A stretch of DNA of 57,435 nt from Candidatus Limnocylindrales bacterium (GTDB taxonomy: Bacteria > Chloroflexota > Limnocylindria > Limnocylindrales > CSP1-4), in assembly GCA_038327765.1 (NCBI GenBank), contig JBBQLI010000004.1, positions 1 to 57,435 of the forward strand, given 5' to 3'. Shown in pieces: positions 8,933 to 18,719 of the stretch. A program made the position numbers and the translations under genes. Each line of letters begins with the position of its first letter. The first letter of the stretch is position 1. Under the pieces are notes generated by a model. The model was not told the DNA's origin. It did not search any database and saw only the letters and a program-made list of their open reading frames with translations.

Positions 8933-10764
8933 CCGTCGTCGTCGGGACGGCCGGCCACATCGACCACGGCAAGACCGCGCTGCTCCGGGCGCTGACCGGC
9001 ATCGATGCCGACCGCCTCCCCGAGGAGCGCCGGCGCGGGATGACGATCGACGTGGGCTATGCCCATCTCACGTTCGACAACGGGACGATTCTCGACTTCG
9101 TGGATGTGCCCGGTCACGACAAGCTGGTCGGCAACATGCTCGTCGGCGCGGGGGAGATCGATGCGGCGATGCTGGTCGTGGCCGCTGACGACGGCCCACG
9201 CGCCCAGACCCTCGAACATCTGGCCCTCCTCGACGCGCTTGGCATCGACATCGGGATCGTCGCGGTCACGAAGATCGACGCGGTCGAACCCGAACGGGTC
9301 GTCGAGGTGGTCGCGGCCGTCCGCACCCAGCTGACCGGGACGAGCCTCGCCGCCGCACCGATCCTTGCGGTCTCGTCGCGAACCGGCGTCGGGCTCGAGG
9401 ACCTGCATGCGGCCCTGGTCGCGATCCGCGACGCGGTCGCCGCGCGGGTCTCGGCCGCGCCGAGTCGACCGACCTCCCTCGGCATCGATCGGGTCTTCAC
9501 GGTGAAAGGCAGGGGACTCGTGGTGACCGGCTCGCTGCGCGGGTCGGCCGTCGCCCGTGGGATGACGCTGCGGATGGTCCCGGGTGACTCGACGGTCCGC
9601 ATCCGGGGCATCGAGGTCCACGGCGTGCCGGTCGAGTCGGCGGGCCCCGGACGGACCGCGCTGAACATCGTCGGCGTCGACGTCGACGTGGTGCATCGCG
9701 GGGCGGTGCTGACCGACGACCCGGCGATCCAGGCGACGTCGCGCATCCTGGTCGCCCTCCAGCGCCCCGTCGCCGACCGGGCCCGCGCACGGATCCACTC
9801 GGGTACCGCGGCCGTGGACGGCGCCATCGGCCGGAGCGGGGCGGACGCCCTGGACCTGCCCGACGGTCGCGCGATCGCCATCGTCCGCCTGTCCGAGCCG
9901 GTGGCGATCGCCCCGGGCGACCGGTTCGTCGTGCGCCGATCCGGGCCGGATCCCATCGTCGGGGGGACCGTGCTGGATGCGCTGCCGCCTCGAGGGATCT
10001 CGCGCCGGCGTCAGACGATGGCCCGCATGGCAGCCTTGGCGACAGCCGTCCGGACGTTGGACGCCGACGCCATCGCCACGGCGCAGCTCGATCTCCATGG
10101 GCTATCGGCCGGAGCGGCGAGCGTCACGCTGGCGCCCGATATTCGCGCCGCCGTCCGCGCCGCTGCGACGACCGCGCTCGCCCGTGCATCGGGGCCGGTG
10201 GCGATCACCGAGCTGCGAGCGATCGTGGCGCGGGCGATCCGACGGTCGGTCACCGTGGAGCGGGAGGTCGCGACGCAGGCCGCGATCGAGGTGGTGGATG
10301 GCCTCGGCGCGGCCGGGGCCCTCGTGCGCGTCGGCGATCGGGTCGCACGGGCCGGTGCGGCCACGACATCGACCGCGCCCGATCCAGCGGTGATCGCGGC
10401 GATGGATCGCCTCGTGCGTGCGCTCGAGTCCACGGCGCCGCCACCCCTGTCCGACGCGGCACGCGCCGCGGGCTGTCCACCGACCGGCGTGCGTGAGCTG
10501 GAACGGACCGGACGGATCGCGATCCTCGCACCCGACCTCGCCTACGCCACGACGACCTATCGCGACCTGTCAGCCGTCGCGCTGACGATGGCGGCCCGCC
10601 TGGCGCTCACCCCGGCCGCCTATCGGGACGCGACCGGCACCAGCCGCAAGTACGTCATGGCGATCCTCGAGGACCTCGATCGCCAGGGGATCCTGCGGCG
10701 GACCCCCGACGGGCACGTCACAGGCCCGAAAGCACAGCCGCCCTCACGGACCGTGCCGCCGTGA
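8929..10764 (+). CDS. selB: Selenocysteine-specific elongation factor
   Basis: [32 protein letters not shown]; C-terminal winged helix [15 protein letters not shown]. Confidence 0.96.
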   Translation: MTVVVGTAGHIDHGKTALLRALTGIDADRLPEERRRGMTIDVGYAHLTFDNGTILDFVDVPGHDKLVGNMLVGAGEIDAAMLVVAADDGPRAQTLEHLALLDALGIDIGIVAVTKIDAVEPERVVEVVAAVRTQLTGTSLAAAPILAVSSRTGVGLEDLHAALVAIRDAVAARVSAAPSRPTSLGIDRVFTVKGRGLVVTGSLRGSAVARGMTLRMVPGDSTVRIRGIEVHGVPVESAGPGRTALNIVGVDVDVVHRGAVLTDDPAIQATSRILVALQRPVADRARARIHSGTAAVDGAIGRSGADALDLPDGRAIAIVRLSEPVAIAPGDRFVVRRSGPDPIVGGTVLDALPPRGISRRRQTMARMAALATAVRTLDADAIATAQLDLHGLSAGAASVTLAPDIRAAVRAAATTALARASGPVAITELRAIVARAIRRSVTVEREVATQAAIEVVDGLGAAGALVRVGDRVARAGAATTSTAPDPAVIAAMDRLVRALESTAPPPLSDAARAAGCPPTGVRELERTGRIAILAPDLAYATTTYRDLSAVALTMAARLALTPAAYRDATGTSRKYVMAILEDLDRQGILRRTPDGHVTGPKAQPPSRTVPP

Positions 10765-11336
10765 CGGTCGCGGCGGTGATCCTTGCCGGTGGACGGTCGT
10801 CCCGATTCGGGCGGGACAAGCTGGCTGAGCCGATCGATGGCCGGCCGCTGCTGAGCATCGTGATCGACGCCGTGCGGCCGGTCGTTGACGAGATCCTGGT
10901 CATCGTCGCGACTGATGCCTCGTCCGATCATCCCGGCGACGTCCGAGCGGTCCACGATCCACGACCGTTCGAGGGCCCACTTGCGGGCGCGACCGTCGGC
11001 CTCGCGACGACGACCGCCGACCTGGTCCTCATCGTGGGTGGCGATATGCCCGGTCTGGTCCCGGCCGTGCTGGCGCGACTCGTCGCCGTGTTGGTCGCCG
11101 ACCCACGGATCGACGCCGTCATCCTCGATGCCGATGGGATGCAGCGGCCGCTGCCGATGGCCGTGCGCCGCCTGCCGGCGCTCGCGGCGGCGGAGGCGCT
11201 CTTGACCAGCGGCGAGCGCCGCCTGCGTGCCTTGCGCGATGGCCTGCCACTGGCGGTGGTCCCCGACGACGAATGGCACGCTGACGACCCGGAAGAACGG
11301 ACGCTGCGCGACATCGATACGCCCGCGGACCTCTAG
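10761..11336 (+). CDS. mobA: Molybdenum cofactor guanylyltransferase
   Basis: ILAGGRSSRFGRDK, GPLAG, GGDMP, DIDTPADL; GTGA coupling to selB. Confidence 0.9.
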   Translation: MTVAAVILAGGRSSRFGRDKLAEPIDGRPLLSIVIDAVRPVVDEILVIVATDASSDHPGDVRAVHDPRPFEGPLAGATVGLATTTADLVLIVGGDMPGLVPAVLARLVAVLVADPRIDAVILDADGMQRPLPMAVRRLPALAAAEALLTSGERRLRALRDGLPLAVVPDDEWHADDPEERTLRDIDTPADL

Positions 11337-11384
11337 CGGCAGGCCGCGACTCCGATACGTCGTGGACGATCAGGGGTCGTTCCC

Positions 11385-11468
11385 CCGGACCCCAGAACTC
11401 GGGCCCCAGAACCCGGTTGCGGAACCCGGTTGCGGAACCCGGACCCCGGACCCCGGGTGCGGAACCTG
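11385..11468. repeat. Short tandem repeats (GGAACCCGGTTGC / GGACCCC units)
   Basis: 13-nt and 7-nt units visible in the intergenic region after mobA. Confidence 0.7.
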
Positions 11469-11497
11469 GCCCCCGGCCTCGCCCAGTCACAACGGGC

Positions 11498-11654
11498 GAT
11501 GTCGACTCAGAGGCGACATCTCGGGGTCGAGTGAGACGCCTCCCGCGCCCCCGTCCCGATCCGTCGACTCAGTGGCGACGATCCGCGCCCAGGGAGGCCC
11601 TTTCGAGGCGGAGGCAATCGCTTCGACCCGTTCCTGTCGACGTGGACGCGACAT
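11498..11654. repeat. Three palindromes GTCGAC-N5-(G/C)GCGAC
   Basis: Copies start at 11501, 11563 and 11636. Confidence 0.6.
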
Positions 11655-11721
11655 GCCGAGCCACGCCGGTCACGGCACGCAGAACCCGGTGACGGACCGT
11701 CCCTCGCGCGCCGGCCCTCGG

Positions 11722-13377
11722 TCAGCCGTCGAGGGCGGGATCCTCGAACACCGGCGTGCCCTCGACGAACGTCCCGACGACCCTCGCCTCCATGATCGGC
11801 CCGGCGACCCGGTCGAACAGGTCACGGTCGAGGACCGCGAGATCCGCAAGCTTGCCCACCTCGAGCGTGCCCGTGTCCGAGTCGAGGTGATTGACGTAGG
11901 CAGACCCGGACGTGAAGCCTGCGAGCGCGTCGATCAGGTCGATCCGCTCGTCTGGCAGGAATACCTCGCGGTATCCGGAGAACCACGCTGGAGTCTGCCG
12001 CTCCACCGCGATCGCCATCTCCCAGATCGGATTCGCGCTGGAGACGCTCCAGTCGGATCCCATCGCCAGGACCGCGCCCGCCGCGCGGAGTGACCGGAAC
12101 GGATACTGCCAGCGCCAGCGCTCCCCAAGGAACGGGATGGTCAGCACGTCCATCTGGTCCTCGTGCGAGGCCCACAGCGGCTGGGCGTTGGCAGCGACGT
12201 CGAGCTGTCGGAACCGCGCGATGTCGTCGGGGTGGATGACCTGGATATGGGCGATGTGCGGGCGCGTGTCCGATCGGCCGTTGGCCCGGCGGGCCGCTTC
12301 CACCGCGTCCAGCGATGCCCGGACCGCCCGGTCGCCGATGGCGTGGAAATGTGGCTGGAACCCAAGTGCGTCCAGCATCGGGACCCAGTTTCGCAGGCCG
12401 TCGGGATCGATCTGGAGGAGGCCGCGATTGTCGGTCGCGACCCCGTGCGCATCGAGGTACGGATCCAGCATCGCCCCGGTGTAGTTCTCGAGGACGCCGT
12501 CCATCATCAGTTTCACGCTGGTGGGGGCATAGCGGCCGATCGCCGTCACGCGGCGGCGCTCCACGAACTCCTCGATCTGCTCCGCACCACGGTGGTGCTC
12601 CCACCACAGGGCGCCGACGACACGGCCGGTCAGTTCGCCCCGTGACGCCAGTGCGACGTACGCTCGCTCTTCGGCATGCGCCTCCACGATGGCGTCCTGC
12701 CATGCCGTGATCCCGAACTGGTGCAGATGTCGCTGTCCGAGGCGGAGCCCCTCTTCGAGGTCGGCCGGCGTGTCGTCGGGCATCAGGCGCGCGACCAGAT
12801 CCATCGCGCCTTCGTGGAGCGTACCCGTGGGGCTGCCGTCAGGATCGCGCTCGATCCGGCCATCCGTTGGATCCACGGTCGAGGCGGTGATCCCGGCGAG
12901 TTCCAGCGCCTTCGTGTTGACCCAGGCGCCGTGTCCGTCGCGGTTGGTCAGGAAGACCGGGCGATCCGGCACGATCCGATCGAGGTCCTCCCGGCGCGGC
13001 GTCCCGCCTTCGAAGGCCGCCATGTACCAGCCGCCGCCGCGGATCCATGGCTCGTCGGGATGACTGCGCGCATAGGCGTCGATCTTGTCGTAGCCGGGCC
13101 CCGACTGGGCGTCCTCATGGAGGTCGCAGCGGAGCATCGCCAGACCGCCGTGCACCGGGTGGACATGGGCATCCTGGAACCCCGGCGTGACCGTGCGACC
13201 GCGTAGCTCGATGACGCGCGTGGATGGGCCGATGTGTTCGGCGACGGCTGCCTCGGTCCCGACAGCCAGCAGACGCCCGTCGCGGACCGCAAGCGCGCTG
13301 GCCCAGCTGCGGGCGGCATCCATCGTCGCGATACGGCCGCCGGTCAGGACCAGGTCGGCGGGGCGATCCAGGGACAT
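11722..13377 (-). CDS. Amidohydrolase 3 family (YtcJ-like) metallohydrolase
   Basis: PGFQDAHVH, DGHGAWVN, VKLMMDG, HAIGDRA, GSDW, GTLEVGKLADLAVLD. Confidence 0.92.
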   Translation of the reverse strand: MSLDRPADLVLTGGRIATMDAARSWASALAVRDGRLLAVGTEAAVAEHIGPSTRVIELRGRTVTPGFQDAHVHPVHGGLAMLRCDLHEDAQSGPGYDKIDAYARSHPDEPWIRGGGWYMAAFEGGTPRREDLDRIVPDRPVFLTNRDGHGAWVNTKALELAGITASTVDPTDGRIERDPDGSPTGTLHEGAMDLVARLMPDDTPADLEEGLRLGQRHLHQFGITAWQDAIVEAHAEERAYVALASRGELTGRVVGALWWEHHRGAEQIEEFVERRRVTAIGRYAPTSVKLMMDGVLENYTGAMLDPYLDAHGVATDNRGLLQIDPDGLRNWVPMLDALGFQPHFHAIGDRAVRASLDAVEAARRANGRSDTRPHIAHIQVIHPDDIARFRQLDVAANAQPLWASHEDQMDVLTIPFLGERWRWQYPFRSLRAAGAVLAMGSDWSVSSANPIWEMAIAVERQTPAWFSGYREVFLPDERIDLIDALAGFTSGSAYVNHLDSDTGTLEVGKLADLAVLDRDLFDRVAGPIMEARVVGTFVEGTPVFEDPALDG

Positions 13378-13483
13378 CCGGCTACCTCGGTGGGCGGGGG
13401 CGGCGCGACGCGATGAGTCTGGCACCGGTGCGCCCACCGGACCGTCGTCATCCCGCAGCCCGCGACGCCGTAGCATCGCGAAC

Positions 13484-14032
13484 ATGACGACCGTCCATCT
13501 CCTGCACGCCGGGTACGCCGACGATCGCGTCGGCAGCAGCATCACGTTGATCCGCGACGGCGATGCCCTCATCGTCGCCGATCCCGGGATGGTGGCAAAC
13601 CGCTCGAAGATCCTGGATCCGCTCGCGGGTCTCGGGGTGTCCGCGAACGACGTGACCCACGTCTTCCTCAGCCATCACCACCCCGACCACACGATCAACA
13701 TCGCGCTCTTCCCGAACGCCGAGGTCGTGGACTTCTGGGCGCGCTATCGCGATGACCTATGGCTCGATCATGAGGGCGACGGCTACCGCCTCTCACCGAA
13801 GACCCAGCTGTGGCTTACTCCCGGGCATACGGAGGAGGACGCTACGCTCATCGTCGAAGCCGACGACGCGACCTATGCGCTCACGCACCTGTGGTGGTTC
13901 GCCGACCGGACGCCCGAGGTGGATCCGCTCGGCGCCGATCAGGCCGCCATCGAGCGCGGCCGCACGCGCGTGCTGGCTGCCGCCGACATCGTCATCCCGG
14001 GCCACGGACCGTCGTTCCGCGTCACCGGCTGA
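13484..14032 (+). CDS. MBL-fold metallo-hydrolase
   Basis: SHHHPDH, TPGHT, IPGHG; TAGCAT -10 box 7 nt before the ATG. Confidence 0.9.
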   Translation: MTTVHLLHAGYADDRVGSSITLIRDGDALIVADPGMVANRSKILDPLAGLGVSANDVTHVFLSHHHPDHTINIALFPNAEVVDFWARYRDDLWLDHEGDGYRLSPKTQLWLTPGHTEEDATLIVEADDATYALTHLWWFADRTPEVDPLGADQAAIERGRTRVLAAADIVIPGHGPSFRVTG

Positions 14033-14079
14033 CGCTCAGGGGTGGCCGCGCCGGCGCTCAGGCGTGGCCGCGCTGACGC

Positions 14080-14844
14080 TCAGTCGGAGCCGCCTGCCCG
14101 GCGGGCCACGATGTTGAGGCGGACATAGTCGATGAGCGGCTCGGGCATCGCTGTTGCGACCGCCCGGACGAACCCGTCGCGTTCGGTGGCGGGGAGTCGT
14201 TCGAGGTGCGCGCCCAGGATGACGGTCCGCAGGAACGTTTCGAACTCCGCGCCGGGTTCGAAGCGGGTCGGTTCGTCGGTCAGCCAGCATTCGATGTCCA
14301 GGAAGCCCGCCGCGTCGAGGCGCGTCACCGTGGCCATCGGCGACTGGAAATTCTTTGCGCCGAGCCATCCGTCGCCGATGCTCGCCAGGACGCGTTCCAC
14401 GGTCGCGATATTGCCGATCCCGCCGCATTGCGCCACGAGCCAGCCACCCGGCCGCAGCACCGCGGCCAGATTCGCGAAGAGGGCGTCGTGATCGGGGATC
14501 CAGTGGAACGTGGCAGTCGAGAGGATGGCGTCCACCTGCCCGGAGATCGGCAACGGCCGGCCGAGATCCGCAACGACGAACTCGACCCGATCCCCGAACG
14601 GAGCCAGGCGCGTCCGGGCCGTCTCGATCATCGATGGCGAGGCGTCCAAAGCGATCACGTGGCCGCGTGGGAGTCGCGCGGCGAGGTGCTCGGTGACGCG
14701 GCCGCTCCCGCAGCCCGCATCCAGCACCCATTCGTCGCCGCCCAGCGGCAGGCGATCCAGGACGGCGATCCCCCATCGCGTCTGGGGGTGCGCGATCCGG
14801 TCGTAGGTGGCGGCGTCCCAGTCGCGCGGTCGATCAGTGGTCAT
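14080..14844 (-). CDS. Class I SAM-dependent methyltransferase (trans-aconitate methyltransferase-like)
   Basis: WDAATY, VLDAGCGSG, STATFHWI, LRPGG, DYVRLNI. Confidence 0.9.
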   Translation of the reverse strand: MTTDRPRDWDAATYDRIAHPQTRWGIAVLDRLPLGGDEWVLDAGCGSGRVTEHLAARLPRGHVIALDASPSMIETARTRLAPFGDRVEFVVADLGRPLPISGQVDAILSTATFHWIPDHDALFANLAAVLRPGGWLVAQCGGIGNIATVERVLASIGDGWLGAKNFQSPMATVTRLDAAGFLDIECWLTDEPTRFEPGAEFETFLRTVILGAHLERLPATERDGFVRAVATAMPEPLIDYVRLNIVARRAGGSD

Positions 14845-16427
14845 GCAGCCGAGGCGACCTGGGGGTCCGCGACGTCGTCGACACCCAGCATCACGCCACT
14901 CGGCAGCCCGAACCGGGACACCAGCGACCCGATGACCAGCAGCACGGCGCTGACGATCATGGCCAGGTGGAAGGCCTGCATCGAGGCCTCGCGGGCGGCG
15001 GCGATCTGCGCGGCAGCGACACCGGCCGGCGGGATATTGAGCGGCTGGAAGGCTGCCCGGACGCTCGGGTCGGCCGTATCGAGGCCCGGAACGAGGCCAC
15101 CGAGGGAGGAATAGAACGTCGCGCTGATCGCGATGAAGATGAACGCGCCGAGCAGGGGCTGACCGACCCGCGAAAGAGCGTTGTTGAGCGCCGATGCGAG
15201 CCCCGCATAGCGGCTCGGGACCGAGCTCATGAGCGTGCTCGTCAGGGGGGCGACGATGCACGAGATCCCGGCACCGAAGAGGAGCATCGCCGGCAGCACG
15301 TCGATCAGGGTCCCGACCGGCGGGATCAGCGTCGACGGGTGCTCGAATGATGCCAGCCACGGCGTCGAATCGACCGGGAGACGCGCGAGCCAGCCCAGAC
15401 CCAGCGCCATGAGCAGCGGCCCGATGGTGAGGAACGGCCGTGCGCCGCGGGTGCCAGCCAGCGTCCCGATGCGCGTCGACAGCATCGCGAGCATGAGGCC
15501 GATCGGAAGGCCGATGGCGCTCGACGCCAGGGCGGTGTAGCCGACGACGTTCTGCAGCACGAGCGGTTGGTACCCGAAGGTCACATACAGGCCGCCGTAC
15601 ACGAAGAAGGTCGCGAGATTGATGGCGGTAAAGGGTCGGGACCGGAAGAGCGAGAGCGGGACGAGCGGGTTCGCCCGCGTGGCCATCAGGATCGGGAAGG
15701 CGATGAGCGAGACGACGCCGATGGCGATCGAGATCCAGGCGGCCGCATCGGCCCAGGCTTGCGCTTGGCCGCGGATCAGGCCGAACGCGAGCCCGCCGAT
15801 CGCGAGCGCCGCGACCAGGGCGCCGAGCCAGTCGAATCGGCCGCCCGTGCCGGTATCGCGGGATTCGGCGATGTAACGGCGAGTGATCCACAGCGCGAAG
15901 GCAAGCAGGGGGACGTTCAGGAGGAAGGCGAACCGCCAGCCGATGGTGTCGACCATGGCCCCGCCGACCAGCGGCCCCACGATGTTGAGCGCCGAGGTGG
16001 CGGCGGCCCAGATGCCAAAGGCGCGGGCCCGTTCTGCCCCCTCGAAGGTGCTGGTGATGAGCGCCAGCGCACCGGGCACGAGGAAGGCGCCGCTGGCTCC
16101 CTGGATCAGGCGGAAGACGATCAGCCACTCGAGGGTCGGCGACAGTCCGCACAGACCGGACGAGACGGCGAACCCGATCAGGCCCAGCGAGTAGACCCGC
16201 CGACGTCCGTAGTAGTCCGAGAGGGCACCGGCCAGGATCAGAAGGGCGGCAAGGACCGCGAAGTAGCCGCTGACGACATAGGTCTGGCCTTCGAGGACGC
16301 CCACGAGGGTGGCTGGCAGTTCGCGTCCGATATGCGCCAGGGCGCTGTTCACGACCGAGCTGTCCAGAAAGACCGCCCCCGATCCGATGATGGTCGCGAG
16401 CAGGGTCCAGCGCTGTCGATTCGTCAT
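14841..16427 (-). CDS. MFS transporter, DHA2 (14-TM) family
   Basis: FLDSSVVN, GALSDYYGRRR motif A, FRLIQG, GPLVGG, GWRFAFLLNVP. Confidence 0.92.
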   Translation of the reverse strand: MTNRQRWTLLATIIGSGAVFLDSSVVNSALAHIGRELPATLVGVLEGQTYVVSGYFAVLAALLILAGALSDYYGRRRVYSLGLIGFAVSSGLCGLSPTLEWLIVFRLIQGASGAFLVPGALALITSTFEGAERARAFGIWAAATSALNIVGPLVGGAMVDTIGWRFAFLLNVPLLAFALWITRRYIAESRDTGTGGRFDWLGALVAALAIGGLAFGLIRGQAQAWADAAAWISIAIGVVSLIAFPILMATRANPLVPLSLFRSRPFTAINLATFFVYGGLYVTFGYQPLVLQNVVGYTALASSAIGLPIGLMLAMLSTRIGTLAGTRGARPFLTIGPLLMALGLGWLARLPVDSTPWLASFEHPSTLIPPVGTLIDVLPAMLLFGAGISCIVAPLTSTLMSSVPSRYAGLASALNNALSRVGQPLLGAFIFIAISATFYSSLGGLVPGLDTADPSVRAAFQPLNIPPAGVAAAQIAAAREASMQAFHLAMIVSAVLLVIGSLVSRFGLPSGVMLGVDDVADPQVASAA

Positions 16428-16505
16428 GGCGCGGAGTGTCGCAGCGCGCGGGCGCCCGAACAAGGGGCGCGACGGCACGAGGTGGCACGGGGGCACGAAC
16501 ACGGC

Positions 16506-16586
16506 GGCGCGTCGGCACGAAGGGGCGCGGGGGCGCGAACGGGGGGCGCGTCGGCACGAAGGGGCGCGGGGGCGCGAACGGGGGGC
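16506..16586. repeat. Two 39-bp G-rich direct repeats
   Basis: GGCGCGTCGGCACGAAGGGGCGCGGGGGCGCGAACGGGG at 16506 and 16545. Confidence 0.85.
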
Positions 16587-16604
16587 CGCGGATAGACTCT
16601 GCCC

Positions 16605-17312
16605 GTGCCCGGACCCGTGGCGCTCGTCGGCGCCGGTGAGTTCCTTCCCGAGATGGTCGGTTTCGACCTTGGATTGCTGGCTGCCACGGGCAGGACGCGA
16701 CCACGCGTCGCGATCCTCCCGACCGCCTCGTACCCCGACGGACCTGAGGTCTTCGACCGCTGGGCCGCGATGGGTGCTGCCCATTTCGCGGAGCTCGGCG
16801 CCGATGTCGAACCCGTGCTCGTCCGCGATCGGTCCGATGCCGATGACGCGGCAGCGGCCCAGGCCGTTGGCGAGGCCGATCTGATCTATCTATCCGGCGG
16901 CAAGCCCAGCTACCTGCTTCACGTCCTTGCCGGGAGTGCCGTGGGCAAGGCCATGATCGACGCGAATGAACGCGGAGCCGTCCTCGCCGGATGCTCTGCC
17001 GGGGCGATGGTGCTGGCCGGCGTCACGTTCGATACGCGGATGAAGTTCCTGCCGTGGCCGCTTCGCTGGCAGGTGGGTCTGGGGTTCGCCCCCGGAATCT
17101 CCGTCGTGCCGCATTACGACGCGTGGCCAGAACCGATGTCGGCGCTGCTGGCGTTGCAGGCGCCGCGCGGGACGACCGTCCTCGGGATCGACGAGGAGAC
17201 GGCGATCATCGGCCGCGACGGGACCTGGCAGGTCCACGGAGCTGCACGGGTCACGGTCTGGCGCGGCCGCCGCCGCGAGCGACATCGCGCGGGGGATGTG
17301 TTCCGGGTCTGA
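16605..17312 (+). CDS. Peptidase S51 family (dipeptidase E/cyanophycinase-like)
   Basis: ILPTAS, YLSGG, GCSAGAM nucleophile elbow, VVPHYD, GIDEETA. Confidence 0.88.
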   Translation: MPGPVALVGAGEFLPEMVGFDLGLLAATGRTRPRVAILPTASYPDGPEVFDRWAAMGAAHFAELGADVEPVLVRDRSDADDAAAAQAVGEADLIYLSGGKPSYLLHVLAGSAVGKAMIDANERGAVLAGCSAGAMVLAGVTFDTRMKFLPWPLRWQVGLGFAPGISVVPHYDAWPEPMSALLALQAPRGTTVLGIDEETAIIGRDGTWQVHGAARVTVWRGRRRERHRAGDVFRV

Positions 17313-17454
17313 GGGAGTGCCGCGCAGTCCGATCCTGGTCCATGGCGGCCATATCCGAGCCCGGTCCGCTTGGCGCTCACGCGAACCCGGTCAGCGGGGG
17401 ACTCCTCCGATCCGGTCCTCGGGCCGCCGCGGTCGAACCCGGTCAGCCCGTCAC

Positions 17455-17642
17455 CACCTGGTCGAATGTGCATGTGGCGCACCTTCGGCTCGGTTCGATC
17501 GCTCATTGGGGCTGCCATGGCCGCTCACGAGGGCTACCTCCCGCACGGATCTGCTCGGTCGGGGCTGCTGGCGGCCATCGGAAGCCTCGCAATCGGTCCC
17601 AAACCAAGCCTAAGGTGCATGGGGTGCACATTCGACGAGGTC
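17455..17642. repeat. Long imperfect inverted repeat (MITE/REPIN-like)
   Basis: Arm GTCGAATGTGCA..GCACCTTCGGCTCGGTT...GGCTGCCATGGCCGC pairs with GCGGCCATCGGAAGCC...AACCAAGCCTAAGGTGCA..TGCACATTCGAC. Confidence 0.75.
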
Positions 17643-17742
17643 GCTCGGTTGCCGCGCCTGAGGTCTCGCCACCCTGACGTGGATCAGTACGCAGTGGATC
17701 ACGCAGAGCGCCGTATGACGTTCGACGCAGGTTGGGAATGCC

Positions 17743-17925
17743 CGTCCTTCGCCGTTTGGGCCTCGCAGCGGTCAACCTGACCGGGGAGCACCTCGTCCTC
17801 CGTCGTTTGGCGCTCGCAGCGGACCCCGCCCCGCCAACACGGCCCCGCCAACCCGGCCCCGCCAACACGGCCCCGCCGGCCACGGACCCCGCGCCGCCGG
17901 CCACTGCCCCGCCAGCCGCCGCCCC
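17743..17925. repeat. 29-bp imperfect direct repeat plus GGCCCCGCCAAC(A/C)C tandem units
   Basis: CGTCCT.CG.CGTTTGG..CTCGCAGCGG at 17743 and 17794; roughly 14-nt units from 17820. Confidence 0.65.
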
Positions 17926-17928
17926 TGG

Positions 17929-18267
17929 TCAGTCCGGGCGGACCGTCCGGAAGCAATCGGAGCAGTAGACCGGGCGATCCATGCGCGGCTTGAACGGCAC
18001 CTGCGCCTGGTTCCCGCACGACGAGCAGAGGACCGCGAAGTACTCACGGTTCGGGCGGTCGTCGCCGCGCTCGTAGCCACGCGGACCCCCGATGTCGCGT
18101 GCGTCGTAGCCCCCGTCACGCGATGCGCGACGGCTGGCCCGGCAGCTCGTGCAGCGCTTCGGCTCGCTCGTGAATCCCTTCGCGACGTAGTACTCCTGAT
18201 CCGCCGCGGAATGGATGAACTCGACGGTGCAATCGACGCAGCGAAGTGTTCGGTCGGCGTAGGTCAC
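17929..18267 (-). CDS. Zinc-ribbon protein with CxxC-x17-CxxC domain
   Basis: DRTLRCVDC..EQ-like..PKRCTSCR followed by CSSCG..VPFKP..RPVYCSDCF; GGAGG RBS before the GTG. Confidence 0.9.
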   Translation of the reverse strand: MTYADRTLRCVDCTVEFIHSAADQEYYVAKGFTSEPKRCTSCRASRRASRDGGYDARDIGGPRGYERGDDRPNREYFAVLCSSCGNQAQVPFKPRMDRPVYCSDCFRTVRPD

Positions 18268-18719
18268 GGTGTTCCTCCGGGGAGACGAATGCTCGGATGC
18301 CGTGTGCCCGGAGGGCGGCCGCTTCGGCGGACGGGATAGCGAGGAGGCGGGAGATGCCGGGGCCGCGCGACCCTTGGTGCCGAGGTGGAGTCCCAGATCG
18401 GGGCGCACCGGTTTGTCTGGCCCGGATGATACGACGACCAACCGATTCGGGCGCTCGGGCGCCGGCGACCTCCTTGACGACCGCCTTGACGACCGCCTTG
18501 ACTGCCGGTGGCCGCGGACTCCGCGCGGTGACGCCGGCGACCGGCGTGACAACGTACCTGTCACAATGACCCGTGAACATCCGGGGTGGCGAGCGAGGAG
18601 TCATGGGGGCGCCTCGCTCGCGCAGACCTCCGGCCGTCTCTCTGGCGGCCGAACCGTCATGGGCATCCCGGGCAGACGGTCGACTCGGACCACGATCAGC
18701 GAGGCCAGCCCACATCCCC

